A program made the translations under genes and the position numbers. This document shows, one piece after another, positions 35,850 through 44,088 of a stretch of 62,289 nt of DNA; the first letter of the stretch is position 1, and every line of letters begins with the position of its first letter. The stretch lies in assembly GCA_964463285.1 (NCBI GenBank), contig CAYXBB010000001.1, positions 1-62,289 on the forward strand. The letters run 5' to 3'. The notes beneath the pieces were generated by a model. The model saw only the letters and a list, made by a program, of their open reading frames with translations, had not been told where the DNA came from and searched no databases. This stretch comes from an uncultured Syntrophomonadaceae bacterium. Its GTDB lineage: Bacteria > Bacillota > Dethiobacteria > DTU022.

Positions 35850-36548
35850 CTACTCCTCCTCCACCGCCGTCCCACCAACAGTAACCCTGCGCAGCACACT
35901 ATCGACAACTTCCTCCAGGCTCAATTCGGTGGTATCAATTACTGTTACCCCAGGGGTTACCGCCAGTGGAGAATCCTGTCGCCCGGAGTCAATACAATCC
36001 CGTTTTTTGATTTCGTCCTTAACCTGGCCCAGCGATATCTTCATCCCGCAGGCCGCCTGTTCCTTCCATCGCCGTCGTGCCCTTTCGGCAAGTTCGGCCT
36101 CCAGATAAAACTTGTAAGCCGCCTCCGGAAGCACCCGGGAGCAGATATCCCGGCCTTCCATCACTATGCCCCGCGAATGAAGGGCAATTTCACGCTGCAT
36201 GGCGACCATCTTGCTGCGGATCAAAGAAATGCAGGATACCGCGGAAACTTTTTGATTTACATGAGGTTTACGGATTTCAGCGGTAACATCTTCACCATCC
36301 AGAAAAATCAAGTTGCCATTTTTACCGGAACTTAATTCCAACCTGGTTTGTTCGAGAATTTCATCCACCTTGGCCAAATCATCTAGATCTACACCCGCCC
36401 GGATCAGCTTCAAGGTGACGGCCCGGTACATGGCTCCGGTATCCAGGTAGTCCAGATTTAGCCGGCGGGCTACCTCCCGGGCCACCGTGCTCTTTCCGGC
36501 TCCGGCCGGCCCGTCAATAGCTATGGCAAGGCGTTGGTTTGATATCAT
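35850..36548 (-). CDS. cmk: Cytidylate kinase
   Basis: IAIDGPAGAGKST, LDTGAMYRA, MEGRDI. Confidence 0.97.
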   Translation of the reverse strand: MISNQRLAIAIDGPAGAGKSTVAREVARRLNLDYLDTGAMYRAVTLKLIRAGVDLDDLAKVDEILEQTRLELSSGKNGNLIFLDGEDVTAEIRKPHVNQKVSAVSCISLIRSKMVAMQREIALHSRGIVMEGRDICSRVLPEAAYKFYLEAELAERARRRWKEQAACGMKISLGQVKDEIKKRDCIDSGRQDSPLAVTPGVTVIDTTELSLEEVVDSVLRRVTVGGTAVEEE

Positions 36549-36634
36549 AATAGTAGTTTCGCGGTAAAACTAAAAATTCCCTTTTTAAATTGTTATTTAA
36601 CTAAATATTTGCCTCCTCCGGGAGAGATCGCCAA

Positions 36635-37000
36635 TTAATCCGGCGGGAAAAGATCCTCCCTCAGCCCCCTGGCATCTCCAAGGTAAACATGTTGCATCTC
36701 TTCGGATTTCAATTCGGTGTTGACCAGCATAAGCACTCGGATACAACGCGGTAACGCTCCGGGAACACTCATCTCTACCTGGCACATGAGAGGGATGTTA
36801 GCCCATCCCAGCTCCCTGGCTGCTCTGGCCGGAAAGGTTTTATTTAGATCGCCAGTGGCGGAAAACAACACGGCAGCGATAGTGTTTATCTCCAGGCAGT
36901 TGATTTCAACCATTTTTTTCAACAGCAGTTGCGTAGACTTAATAATCTCGTCGGCATCGTTAGCCGGTACGGTTGTCGCCCCCCTGATTCCTCTTACCAC
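36635..37000 (-). CDS. aroH: Chorismate mutase AroH
   Basis: MVRGIRGATT, FPARAAR, LPRCIRVL, HVYL...LREDL. Confidence 0.96.
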   Translation of the reverse strand: MVRGIRGATTVPANDADEIIKSTQLLLKKMVEINCLEINTIAAVLFSATGDLNKTFPARAARELGWANIPLMCQVEMSVPGALPRCIRVLMLVNTELKSEEMQHVYLGDARGLREDLFPPD

Positions 37001-37158
37001 ATGCCCACCCTCCCCAATTTTTCACAAACCACCTTATGTCGAATTTGCCGTCGCCCGGCTACTGAAGGGATAAGAAACCATCAGACACCCTTCAGAGGGC
37101 CGGTTATTTTTACCATTATAGAGGCCGGGCCGACAGAGTCGTCGGCCCCAAGTTGTTA

Positions 37159-37452
37159 CTACTGTCCTTGATTTGCCAACCCCGGCAGGCCGACATTTTC
37201 GCCATCCTCCCCTTTGAAAAGGAGGGATGGAGGTATTTTGGGAACAACGGCTTGCGGTTCCTGCCCCGGATCCGGCGGCCAGGGTACACCTTCCAGCGAT
37301 TCCACCGGGTTTAACAGCCGGCGTCCGGTTTCGAAGGCCAGTGCCCACTGGCCGGCCATCGTAAGAGCCAACGACAGCAAAATGGTTTTCCATAAAAGGC
37401 GCTCTATTTTTAGCGAAAGTTCGTTAAACCAGCATTGCAGCAAATTCATCAC
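37159..37452 (-). CDS. Small hypothetical membrane protein
   Basis: 97 aa, G-rich RBS, one TM segment, upstream sigma-E-like promoter. Confidence 0.55.
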   Translation of the reverse strand: MMNLLQCWFNELSLKIERLLWKTILLSLALTMAGQWALAFETGRRLLNPVESLEGVPWPPDPGQEPQAVVPKIPPSLLFKGEDGENVGLPGLANQGQ

Positions 37453-37467
37453 TGTTCCCCCCGGTAA

Positions 37468-37496
37468 ATTTTATGTCAGGGGGGAGGTTTTATACC
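37468..37496 (-). promoter_or_regulatory. Putative sigma-E promoter
   Basis: GGTATA-N15-CATAAAAT. Confidence 0.45.
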
Positions 37497-37511
37497 CTTA
37501 TTAGTCCGGTT

Positions 37512-38012
37512 CTAAATTTCCTCATGCTCTTTGAGTTTATTTTGAAGGGTTTCGCTAAATTTGTAAAGGATCCGTTCCAGTTCGCGGCTGGTCAGACTAA
37601 TCCGGCCGGGTTCAACAACCTGCAAACGTTTGAATTCATTGCGGCTTATAAATTGTAAGCTATCTTCCAAAGAATCCAGTGAAAGCAGCAGTTCTAAAGG
37701 GGCATAAGTAATCTCGGCTTCATCTTCATGGTCATAGACCGTATACAGATCCAGGTAGGCAATATCTTCTACCTGAATCCCTTGCAAGGGAACGTTTCGC
37801 CACATGGTAGCCTGTTGCTCTCGCCGCTCTTCGGCAACTTCTTTTGTTCCTTTACCTCCGAAAAAAAACCGGGCGGGGCGGGGCGTGCCCCGGTAATCAA
37901 AGCGGATTTTAACCCTTACCTTATCCAGCGGTTCCGCGTTTATTTCAATTTTTTTCGTATCCCCGGCTACACCGGTTTCCGGCTGCCTGGTATCAGTCTG
38001 TGTTACATGCAT
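37512..38012 (-). CDS. Hypothetical protein (166 aa)
   Basis: RBS, natural-looking composition (RVKIRFDYRG...FFFGGK...WRNVPLQG). Confidence 0.7.
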   Translation of the reverse strand: MHVTQTDTRQPETGVAGDTKKIEINAEPLDKVRVKIRFDYRGTPRPARFFFGGKGTKEVAEERREQQATMWRNVPLQGIQVEDIAYLDLYTVYDHEDEAEITYAPLELLLSLDSLEDSLQFISRNEFKRLQVVEPGRISLTSRELERILYKFSETLQNKLKEHEEI

Positions 38013-38044
38013 TATCTATTACCCCTACCTTTAACTTCTAACAT

Positions 38045-38116
38045 CTCAGGCCGTAAGCCGACTCGCGGTTGCGGCCTGAGCCTTAGGGTAAATTCGATAA
38101 TTATTATCAAAATCCT
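38045..38116 (-). promoter_or_regulatory. Sigma-H promoter with a long 5'-UTR hairpin
   Basis: GCAGGA-N17-GAAT (38118-38092); CTCAGGCCG...CGGCCTGAG stem (38045-38080). Confidence 0.6.
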
Positions 38117-38198
38117 GCATTTTTTTTAACGTAAGGCAAATTAACCTTTCCCCGGCAGTAGCGGGGCCTTTAGATCCGGGTTGAAAAATTGGTTTTGT

Positions 38199-39056
38199 TC
38201 AGATTCTCTCAGGGTTTTCCCCCGGCTCCTGGAGCTTTCGACGCAACATTTTAGTTAATTTGCCGGGCCGGCCGCTACCCACCGGGTATCCATTAAAATA
38301 AACCATGGGCATTATTCCCAGCAGAGAGTTGGTTAAAAAAGATTCCTCTGCTTTGCGGAAATCCAACGGATATATTTTTTCCTGGGCTACCGTTAATCCC
38401 AAGCGGTTTGCCGCCAACAGCACCCGGGCCCGCATTATCCCGGGCAGCAGCCCGCACTCCACCGGCGGGGTCAACAGCTTTCCTGCCATACTGAGGAAAA
38501 TATTGCTGGTCGTGCCCTCGGCTATTTCACCCCGATAGTTGCAGAAGATACCCTCGTCGGCTCCGGCAAGATCTGCTTCTTTCTTTCCCAAAATATTTTC
38601 CAGGCAGTTAATTGATTTAAATTTTACCAGCGGTGAAAGATGGCTGCGGGGAAAGCTAATCAGCTGAGATTTAAATCCCCGGTTATATAAATGTTCGGGA
38701 TACGGCTCTCCGGAATAACCCGTTATGACTGCGGTAGCGGCACCGCTCTGAACCGGAAGAAGTCCCCTTTTTATTGCCTTTCCCCTGGTCACCGTCAACC
38801 TCAACACTCCATTTTCAAGTCGCAAACAGGCTTCTCCCACACCCTTATCTACCTCTTCAGCCGGAAAAGAAATACCAAGCACTGCACATCCGTTACGAAT
38901 CCTTGCCAGGTGTTCTTTCCAATAAAGGGGGCGGCAGCAATCTACCCGGATTGTTTCAAATAACCCGTCTCCGTATAAAAAACCCCTATCCTGTACTTCC
39001 CAAGAAAGTTCCGGGGGATCTATGAATTTCCCGTTTATCCAGGCAATTACAGACAC
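38199..39056 (-). CDS. pabC: Class IV aminotransferase family; probable 4-amino-4-deoxychorismate lyase
   Basis: DRGFLYGDGLFETI, HLARI, KSINCLEN, EGTTSNIF, LLPGIMR; coupled to pabB. Confidence 0.75.
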   Translation of the reverse strand: MSVIAWINGKFIDPPELSWEVQDRGFLYGDGLFETIRVDCCRPLYWKEHLARIRNGCAVLGISFPAEEVDKGVGEACLRLENGVLRLTVTRGKAIKRGLLPVQSGAATAVITGYSGEPYPEHLYNRGFKSQLISFPRSHLSPLVKFKSINCLENILGKKEADLAGADEGIFCNYRGEIAEGTTSNIFLSMAGKLLTPPVECGLLPGIMRARVLLAANRLGLTVAQEKIYPLDFRKAEESFLTNSLLGIMPMVYFNGYPVGSGRPGKLTKMLRRKLQEPGENPERI

Positions 39057-40495
39057 ACTTTCACCTCCCCCTCATGACCCAGCGCTTTTAACAACGCCTG
39101 TGCCTTGGCTATGGTCTCCCGGTATTCTTCATCGGGCCGGGAGCTAAGAATAATCCCTCCTCCTACCTGCAAGTAAGCAGTTCCGGTTTTAACAATAATA
39201 GTTCTGATCACCACGTTTAAATCTACATTTCCGTCAAAGCCCAGATAGCCGATAGAGCCGGTGTAGATCCCTCTTTTTACCGGTTCAAGTTCCTCGATTA
39301 TTTCCATGGCCCGCTGCTTGGGATTTCCACTAATTGATCCTGCCGGAAAGCTTGCCTGTAGCAGGTCAATGATATCCTTACCTTCCGCCAGGCGACCCCG
39401 TACTGTGGATACCAGATGAAATACCGTGGGGTACTCTTCCAGGCGAAATCGCTCCTGCACCTTCACGCTGCTTTTGCTGCATACTTGCCGCAGTTCGTTA
39501 CGGACAAGACTGGTGATCATGTCCAGCTCGGCATGGTCTTTATCGCTTTGCAGCAGCTCAGCGCGCAGTCGCCGGTCTTCCCGGGCATCCTTTCCCCTGG
39601 GTCGGGTACCCTTGATGGGCCTGGTTTCCACATTTCGATCGGTAACTTTCATAAAACGTTCCGGTGAAGAACAAACGATATCCAGCTGAGGGTAATGTAG
39701 GTAGGCAGCAAAAGGAGCGGGGTTGATCTTGCGCAATCGCCGGTAGAGTTGCCAGGAATCTATTTGTAATTCACATGAAAAACGCTGGCTAAGGATCGCC
39801 TCCAGGATTTCCCCCTTGCTGATATAATCTTTTACCTGTTGAACCGCTGCGCAGTAAGTATCATAACTGAAATGCCCGCGGATCACCGGCATTTTCCCGG
39901 CTGTTTTTTTGCACCGATCATAAGTAAAATCTGAAAGATCTTCCTGCGGGCCGTATCCTTCACCGGTGTAGATATACCCTTCTAATTCCTGCAACCGCTC
40001 CCTGGCCCAAATATCAGCTTTTCCTCCCTGTTCCGGCAACCCCGTGGAGACAAGAAACATCTTGTTCTGCTGATGATCGCAAATTATCAGCCGGTCGTAA
40101 AAACCCAGGTAACAGTCCGGCAACCCCAGGTCATCCTGTGCTACCCGGGGTAGTTTTTCAATCTGCCGGCCCAGATCGTAAGCAAAATAGCCAAACGCAC
40201 CCGCCCCTGTAGGAAACCGGGGATCGCTTGGAGCACGGTATCTGGTTATTAGCTCACGCAAAATCTGAAAGGGATCACCTCTTTTTGTCTCCCGATTACC
40301 ATTTCTAAACAACTCCACCGTCTCGTCCTTGCATGTAAAGACCAGAAAGGGATCGCTTCCGATCATTGAATAACGCCCCAGGCGCTGGAGATCCATTCCG
40401 CTGTCCAGAAAAAAACTGTAGGGCCGTTTCCGGAAAGATTTAAATACCTCTGCCGGTTCCTGGCAAGATATTTCCTTGACAATCAAAATAAACAT
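39047..40495 (-). CDS. pabB: Aminodeoxychorismate synthase component I
   Basis: FFLDSG, NPAPFAAY, SSPERF, PIKGT (PabB-type Lys), FPAGSI, RGIYTGSIG; start reset to 40495. Confidence 0.88.
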   Translation of the reverse strand: MFILIVKEISCQEPAEVFKSFRKRPYSFFLDSGMDLQRLGRYSMIGSDPFLVFTCKDETVELFRNGNRETKRGDPFQILRELITRYRAPSDPRFPTGAGAFGYFAYDLGRQIEKLPRVAQDDLGLPDCYLGFYDRLIICDHQQNKMFLVSTGLPEQGGKADIWARERLQELEGYIYTGEGYGPQEDLSDFTYDRCKKTAGKMPVIRGHFSYDTYCAAVQQVKDYISKGEILEAILSQRFSCELQIDSWQLYRRLRKINPAPFAAYLHYPQLDIVCSSPERFMKVTDRNVETRPIKGTRPRGKDAREDRRLRAELLQSDKDHAELDMITSLVRNELRQVCSKSSVKVQERFRLEEYPTVFHLVSTVRGRLAEGKDIIDLLQASFPAGSISGNPKQRAMEIIEELEPVKRGIYTGSIGYLGFDGNVDLNVVIRTIIVKTGTAYLQVGGGIILSSRPDEEYRETIAKAQALLKALGHEGEVKVCL

Positions 40496-40513
40496 CCCCT
40501 TACACTGAATAAT

Positions 40514-40539
40514 AAAAAAACCAGTACCATGTACTGGTT
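40514..40539 (-). terminator. Intrinsic terminator in the pabB leader
   Basis: Minus strand AACCAGTAC-ATG-GTACTGGTT followed by a T tract, ending about 20 nt before the ATG. Confidence 0.8.
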
Positions 40540-40604
40540 CGCATCCCAGATATTCGCGTCTTAGAGGTTTAGTGCCGGGCACCGTTATTTAACTCTTGCT
40601 TTTT

Positions 40605-40633
40605 ATGTTTTCATAGATACAGTCCTTTGTCAA
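40605..40633 (-). promoter_or_regulatory. Possible sigma-A promoter of the pabB leader
   Basis: TTGACA-N17-AAACAT with extended TG; the -10 is weak. Confidence 0.45.
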
Positions 40634-40670
40634 GCAACTTGGGGGTTTCGAAAAATCTAAAAAAGAGGGT

Positions 40671-41420
40671 TTATATTCCGGTTCCCCCCATTTGCTCCCT
40701 TTTTAGGCCTGTCAGGCGATAAAGCCGGTCTACCTCAACACCGGTTAATCGCCGGTAGCGCCCTGTTTTTAATCCCTGAACATTTAGTTGGGCAAATTGC
40801 GTTCGTCGAAGTTTGATTACCGGGTGCCCGATGGCGGCACACATATTTTTTACCTGCCTCTTTCGCCCTTCATGAATTGTAATCTCCAGCCAGGAGCGCA
40901 AGGTTCCCTCCCGCTTTTTCAGCTTAATTTTCGCCGGGGCGGTAATATGGTCTTCCAATTTTACACCGTGGCGCAACTTCTGAATTTGCTCCCAGCCGGG
41001 AACCCCCTTCACCAGTACCCGGTATGTTTTGGAAATTTCAAACCGGGGGTGGGTTAACCGGTAGGCCAGTTCCCCATCGTTGGTCACCAGAAGCAGCCCT
41101 TCGCTATCCATATCCAGACGACCTACCGGATAGAGACGGGCCTCCAGGACCGGCGGAAGTAAATCCACCACCGTTTTACGACCGTGGGGATCGGTTACCG
41201 TAGAAAGGTAACCGGCAGGCTTATTTAGCATATAGTACATTTTGGCTTCCGGTTTAGACACCTTTACCCCGTCCACGGTAACTTCATCTGTAGGATTAAG
41301 CCGGGTAAAGGGTTTGGTTATCACGAGTCCGTTTATTTTTACCCTTTTCTCGGCAATAAGTTGTTCGGCTTTGCGACGGGAGGCTATCCCCGCCCGGGCA
41401 AGGAATTTGGTGATGCGCAT
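40671..41420 (-). CDS. rluB: 23S rRNA pseudouridine synthase, RluB/RsuA family
   Basis: S4 domain ASRRKAE, NKPAGYLST, YPVGRLDMDSEGLL, EGRKRQVK. Confidence 0.9.
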   Translation of the reverse strand: MRITKFLARAGIASRRKAEQLIAEKRVKINGLVITKPFTRLNPTDEVTVDGVKVSKPEAKMYYMLNKPAGYLSTVTDPHGRKTVVDLLPPVLEARLYPVGRLDMDSEGLLLVTNDGELAYRLTHPRFEISKTYRVLVKGVPGWEQIQKLRHGVKLEDHITAPAKIKLKKREGTLRSWLEITIHEGRKRQVKNMCAAIGHPVIKLRRTQFAQLNVQGLKTGRYRRLTGVEVDRLYRLTGLKREQMGGTGI

Positions 41421-41543
41421 CGCAATCGCCCTCCTGAAACCAGTAACTGTATATGAAATAATTATATATCAAAATGGTAAATAAAAACCCGGGGAGATGA
41501 CTTTGTTTGCCTGAAACATAGAGGTTTTTGGGGTACAGGCAAC

Positions 41544-41565
41544 GGGTGGACCGAGTCGTCCACCC
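41544..41565. terminator. 8-bp perfect hairpin, terminator or GTAG-type REP-like
   Basis: GGGTGGAC-CGAGTC-GTCCACCC. Confidence 0.45.
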
Positions 41566-41597
41566 CTAGGGGATAAGTCTGTAATCTGTCCGGCTTG

Positions 41598-42881
41598 TCA
41601 GGTGTTAAAAATCCCCAACAGGCCTTTTTTTCCCAGACGCAGCTTCAATTCATCGGGATCAATAGAGTAAAGCCTCTTCTGCTGCAGGTTTTTCCAGAGG
41701 GGACCACCGGAAAGAGTGTACATCTCTTGCCGGCCTTCCCGGGTGGAACCTAATTCCCGGGCATAGGCGATCAGTTCTCCGCAGGCGGTTTCCCTGGGTA
41801 GGGTTAACAATTTCCGCCCTTCGATTAAACACCAGGCATTGTAGCCGGCCAGGGTACCGGTAACCATGGCCTCCGTATGACCGACCATTAAACCTGCTCT
41901 TTCTCCGGCGGCAAACAGGTTTAAGAAAGGGGGTACCCTAAGGCCGGCTTGTACTTCAATGGAAGAGGTAAACCGGATAGAGTTACCCGTGCCTCCCCCC
42001 AGAGGGTCCCTGAACACTGCACCCTTAAATCCTTCCAGGCAGCGAAGCTTTTGCAAGTTGTAATAGGGGATCATGATTTTAATGGGCCCGGTATCCAACA
42101 AGATCAGGTTTTCTTCGAATTCCTGCAAAATATACTGCCGGCAGACTTTGGCCTTTAAAAGTGAGTGTCCCGGTTCCCCTGGGCGCAACTCCAGGGGAAC
42201 CGGGACACTCACCACTCCTTTTTCTCTTACCTCCGCCAGTAACCGCCCTTCCAGAGAACCGGGTTCCAATTCGCAGGAGCCGCTGAAAAATCCAGGCTGG
42301 AGGTCATCCCGGGTAATCATTTTCTCCCGGAGTCCTGCCTTGATGGCTATGCTGATCCGGGGTCCGAAGGTGGGGCAACGAAATACACACATACTGCAGC
42401 CGTTTCCGTACCTGCGACAGTTGGCCATGGGGCCCGCGGTGCCACTGGCATCAATAAAGACTTCTCCTTTTACCACGCTGCCGTCTGCCAGCCTCACTGC
42501 CGATATTCTTTTACCGGAAAGCTCCACTTCTACCGCTCTTAGTTCATGCAGGATCTCCACCTGCCATTGTTTAAGCAATGAAGTTACCGCCGGCTCCACT
42601 TTATCTATATCATACAGCCAGGCATGTCGATGCCCGGGAAAATTCAGGTTAACGTGTCGGGAGAGACAATCAGTAAGATCCACCAGCTCCCCGCTACCCA
42701 TCAGCCTGAGCTCTTCGGCGGCTGTAAACCGACCATTGTTACGCATAATCCCGCCTACCAGCCCCGAACCTAACAGGCGATCTGTCCTTTCAATCAAGGT
42801 TACCGACAGCCCTTTCTTGGCGGCTGCCAGCGCCGCCGAGCACCCGGCCCAACCGCCCCCAACTACTATCACTTCACCCAT
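41598..42881 (-). CDS. GidA/TrmFO-like FAD-dependent oxidoreductase with a Cys cluster; function unknown
   Basis: VIVVGGGWAGCSAA, DASGTAG, CRRYGNGCSMCVFRCP, FAAGERAG...GHTEAMVTG. Confidence 0.75.
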   Translation of the reverse strand: MGEVIVVGGGWAGCSAALAAAKKGLSVTLIERTDRLLGSGLVGGIMRNNGRFTAAEELRLMGSGELVDLTDCLSRHVNLNFPGHRHAWLYDIDKVEPAVTSLLKQWQVEILHELRAVEVELSGKRISAVRLADGSVVKGEVFIDASGTAGPMANCRRYGNGCSMCVFRCPTFGPRISIAIKAGLREKMITRDDLQPGFFSGSCELEPGSLEGRLLAEVREKGVVSVPVPLELRPGEPGHSLLKAKVCRQYILQEFEENLILLDTGPIKIMIPYYNLQKLRCLEGFKGAVFRDPLGGGTGNSIRFTSSIEVQAGLRVPPFLNLFAAGERAGLMVGHTEAMVTGTLAGYNAWCLIEGRKLLTLPRETACGELIAYARELGSTREGRQEMYTLSGGPLWKNLQQKRLYSIDPDELKLRLGKKGLLGIFNT

Positions 42882-42933
42882 TTGCAATCCCCCTGCCGGA
42901 AATTTTAACGGTAATGTTGATTTTTCACTGATG

Positions 42934-43470
42934 TCACCTGAATACTGCTGCGCAAATTATTGCAGAAGCAATGAACCCACAAAGATCACCGATCAACCCC
43001 GCCGCCGGGGCATGGCGAGATTTTTGAATCCCTACCGATCCAAAATATACAGTTAACACAAACAAGGTGGTATCGGTGCTCCCCTGCATGGTGGAGGCAA
43101 GCCTGCCCAAATATGAGTCCGGCCCGTCATGTTGAAGTATCTCGGCGGTAATGGCCAGGGCACCGCTCCCGGAAATAGGTCGCATAACCGCCAGCGGAAT
43201 AATTTCCGGGGGCAGGTGGAATTTCACCAGAAAAGGAGAGAGCATATTTATCAGGAGCTCCATGGCCCCGGAATCCCTAAGCAGCCCAATAGCCACCAGC
43301 ATCCCCACCAGGAAAGGTATCAATCGGACTGCCATCCCGAATCCCTCCCGGGCGCCCTCCACAAACACATCAAAAATATTAACCTTGTGATAAAGGGCAA
43401 AGAATATCACCACTGTGAGCAACGCTGGAATAACCCACTGGGATACCAAATTAACCAGTCCGGCAATCAT
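42934..43470 (-). CDS. spmB: Spore maturation protein B
   Basis: FVEGAREG, RPISGSGA, GSTDTTLFV; ATGA overlap with spmA. Confidence 0.93.
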   Translation of the reverse strand: MIAGLVNLVSQWVIPALLTVVIFFALYHKVNIFDVFVEGAREGFGMAVRLIPFLVGMLVAIGLLRDSGAMELLINMLSPFLVKFHLPPEIIPLAVMRPISGSGALAITAEILQHDGPDSYLGRLASTMQGSTDTTLFVLTVYFGSVGIQKSRHAPAAGLIGDLCGFIASAIICAAVFR

Positions 43471-44051
43471 CTGAATTTTCTCCACCGACGGAACAGACGA
43501 TCTGCCAGAAGCGCCATCAGACAAGAACAAGACGAGGCCAGCAGGGTGGTTCCCACTATCTCGGTAGGATTTAATGAACCCGTGGCCGCCCGTAAGCCGA
43601 TCACCGTGGTCGGAAGCAAACTTAAACTGGAGGTATTTATCGCTAAAAATGTGCACATTTCATCCGATGCCACCTCCGAATGCAGATTGAGAGCCTGCAT
43701 CTCTTCCATGGCCTTGATCCCAAAGGGGGTGGCGGCGTTGCCCATTCCCAGCAAATTGGCGCTCATATTCATCAATATAGCATTCATCGCGGGGTGATGG
43801 GGGGGAATGGCCGGAAAAAGCAGGCGGGCCAGGGGGCGAAGAAAAATTTTAATTACCTGTATAAGTCCGGAGCGTTCCACCAGCTTCATTATTCCCAACC
43901 AGAAAGTCATCACGCTGATCAGTCCGATAACCAGGCTTACCGCCTGCTCCGCCGCTGAAAAAATGCCGGGAGTAACTACCGAGATTTTTCCCGTCAGGCC
44001 GGCCACCAATATGCTTATACAGATCATTGCCGCCCAGAGATAGCCGACCAA
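43467..44051 (-). CDS. spmA: Spore maturation protein A
   Basis: FWLGIMKL, NMSANLLGMGNAATPFG, FLAINTSS. Confidence 0.95.
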   Translation of the reverse strand: MVGYLWAAMICISILVAGLTGKISVVTPGIFSAAEQAVSLVIGLISVMTFWLGIMKLVERSGLIQVIKIFLRPLARLLFPAIPPHHPAMNAILMNMSANLLGMGNAATPFGIKAMEEMQALNLHSEVASDEMCTFLAINTSSLSLLPTTVIGLRAATGSLNPTEIVGTTLLASSCSCLMALLADRLFRRWRKFR

Positions 44052-44088
44052 TTTAAAAACACCTTCCCCCCAAAAAAATTATATTCAG

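Noticed and set aside
40540-40600. THF, ZMP/ZTP, preQ1, T-box or TRAP site in the pabB leader
   Set aside because: Only 6-8 nt partial matches; diagnostic motifs are absent or on the wrong strand. Kept as an unknown leader instead
42073-43797. Long plus-strand ORFs (327 aa and 222 aa)
   Set aside because: Antisense shadows of well-supported minus-strand genes; no RBS or recognisable motifs. The same applies to the other plus-strand ORFs in the track
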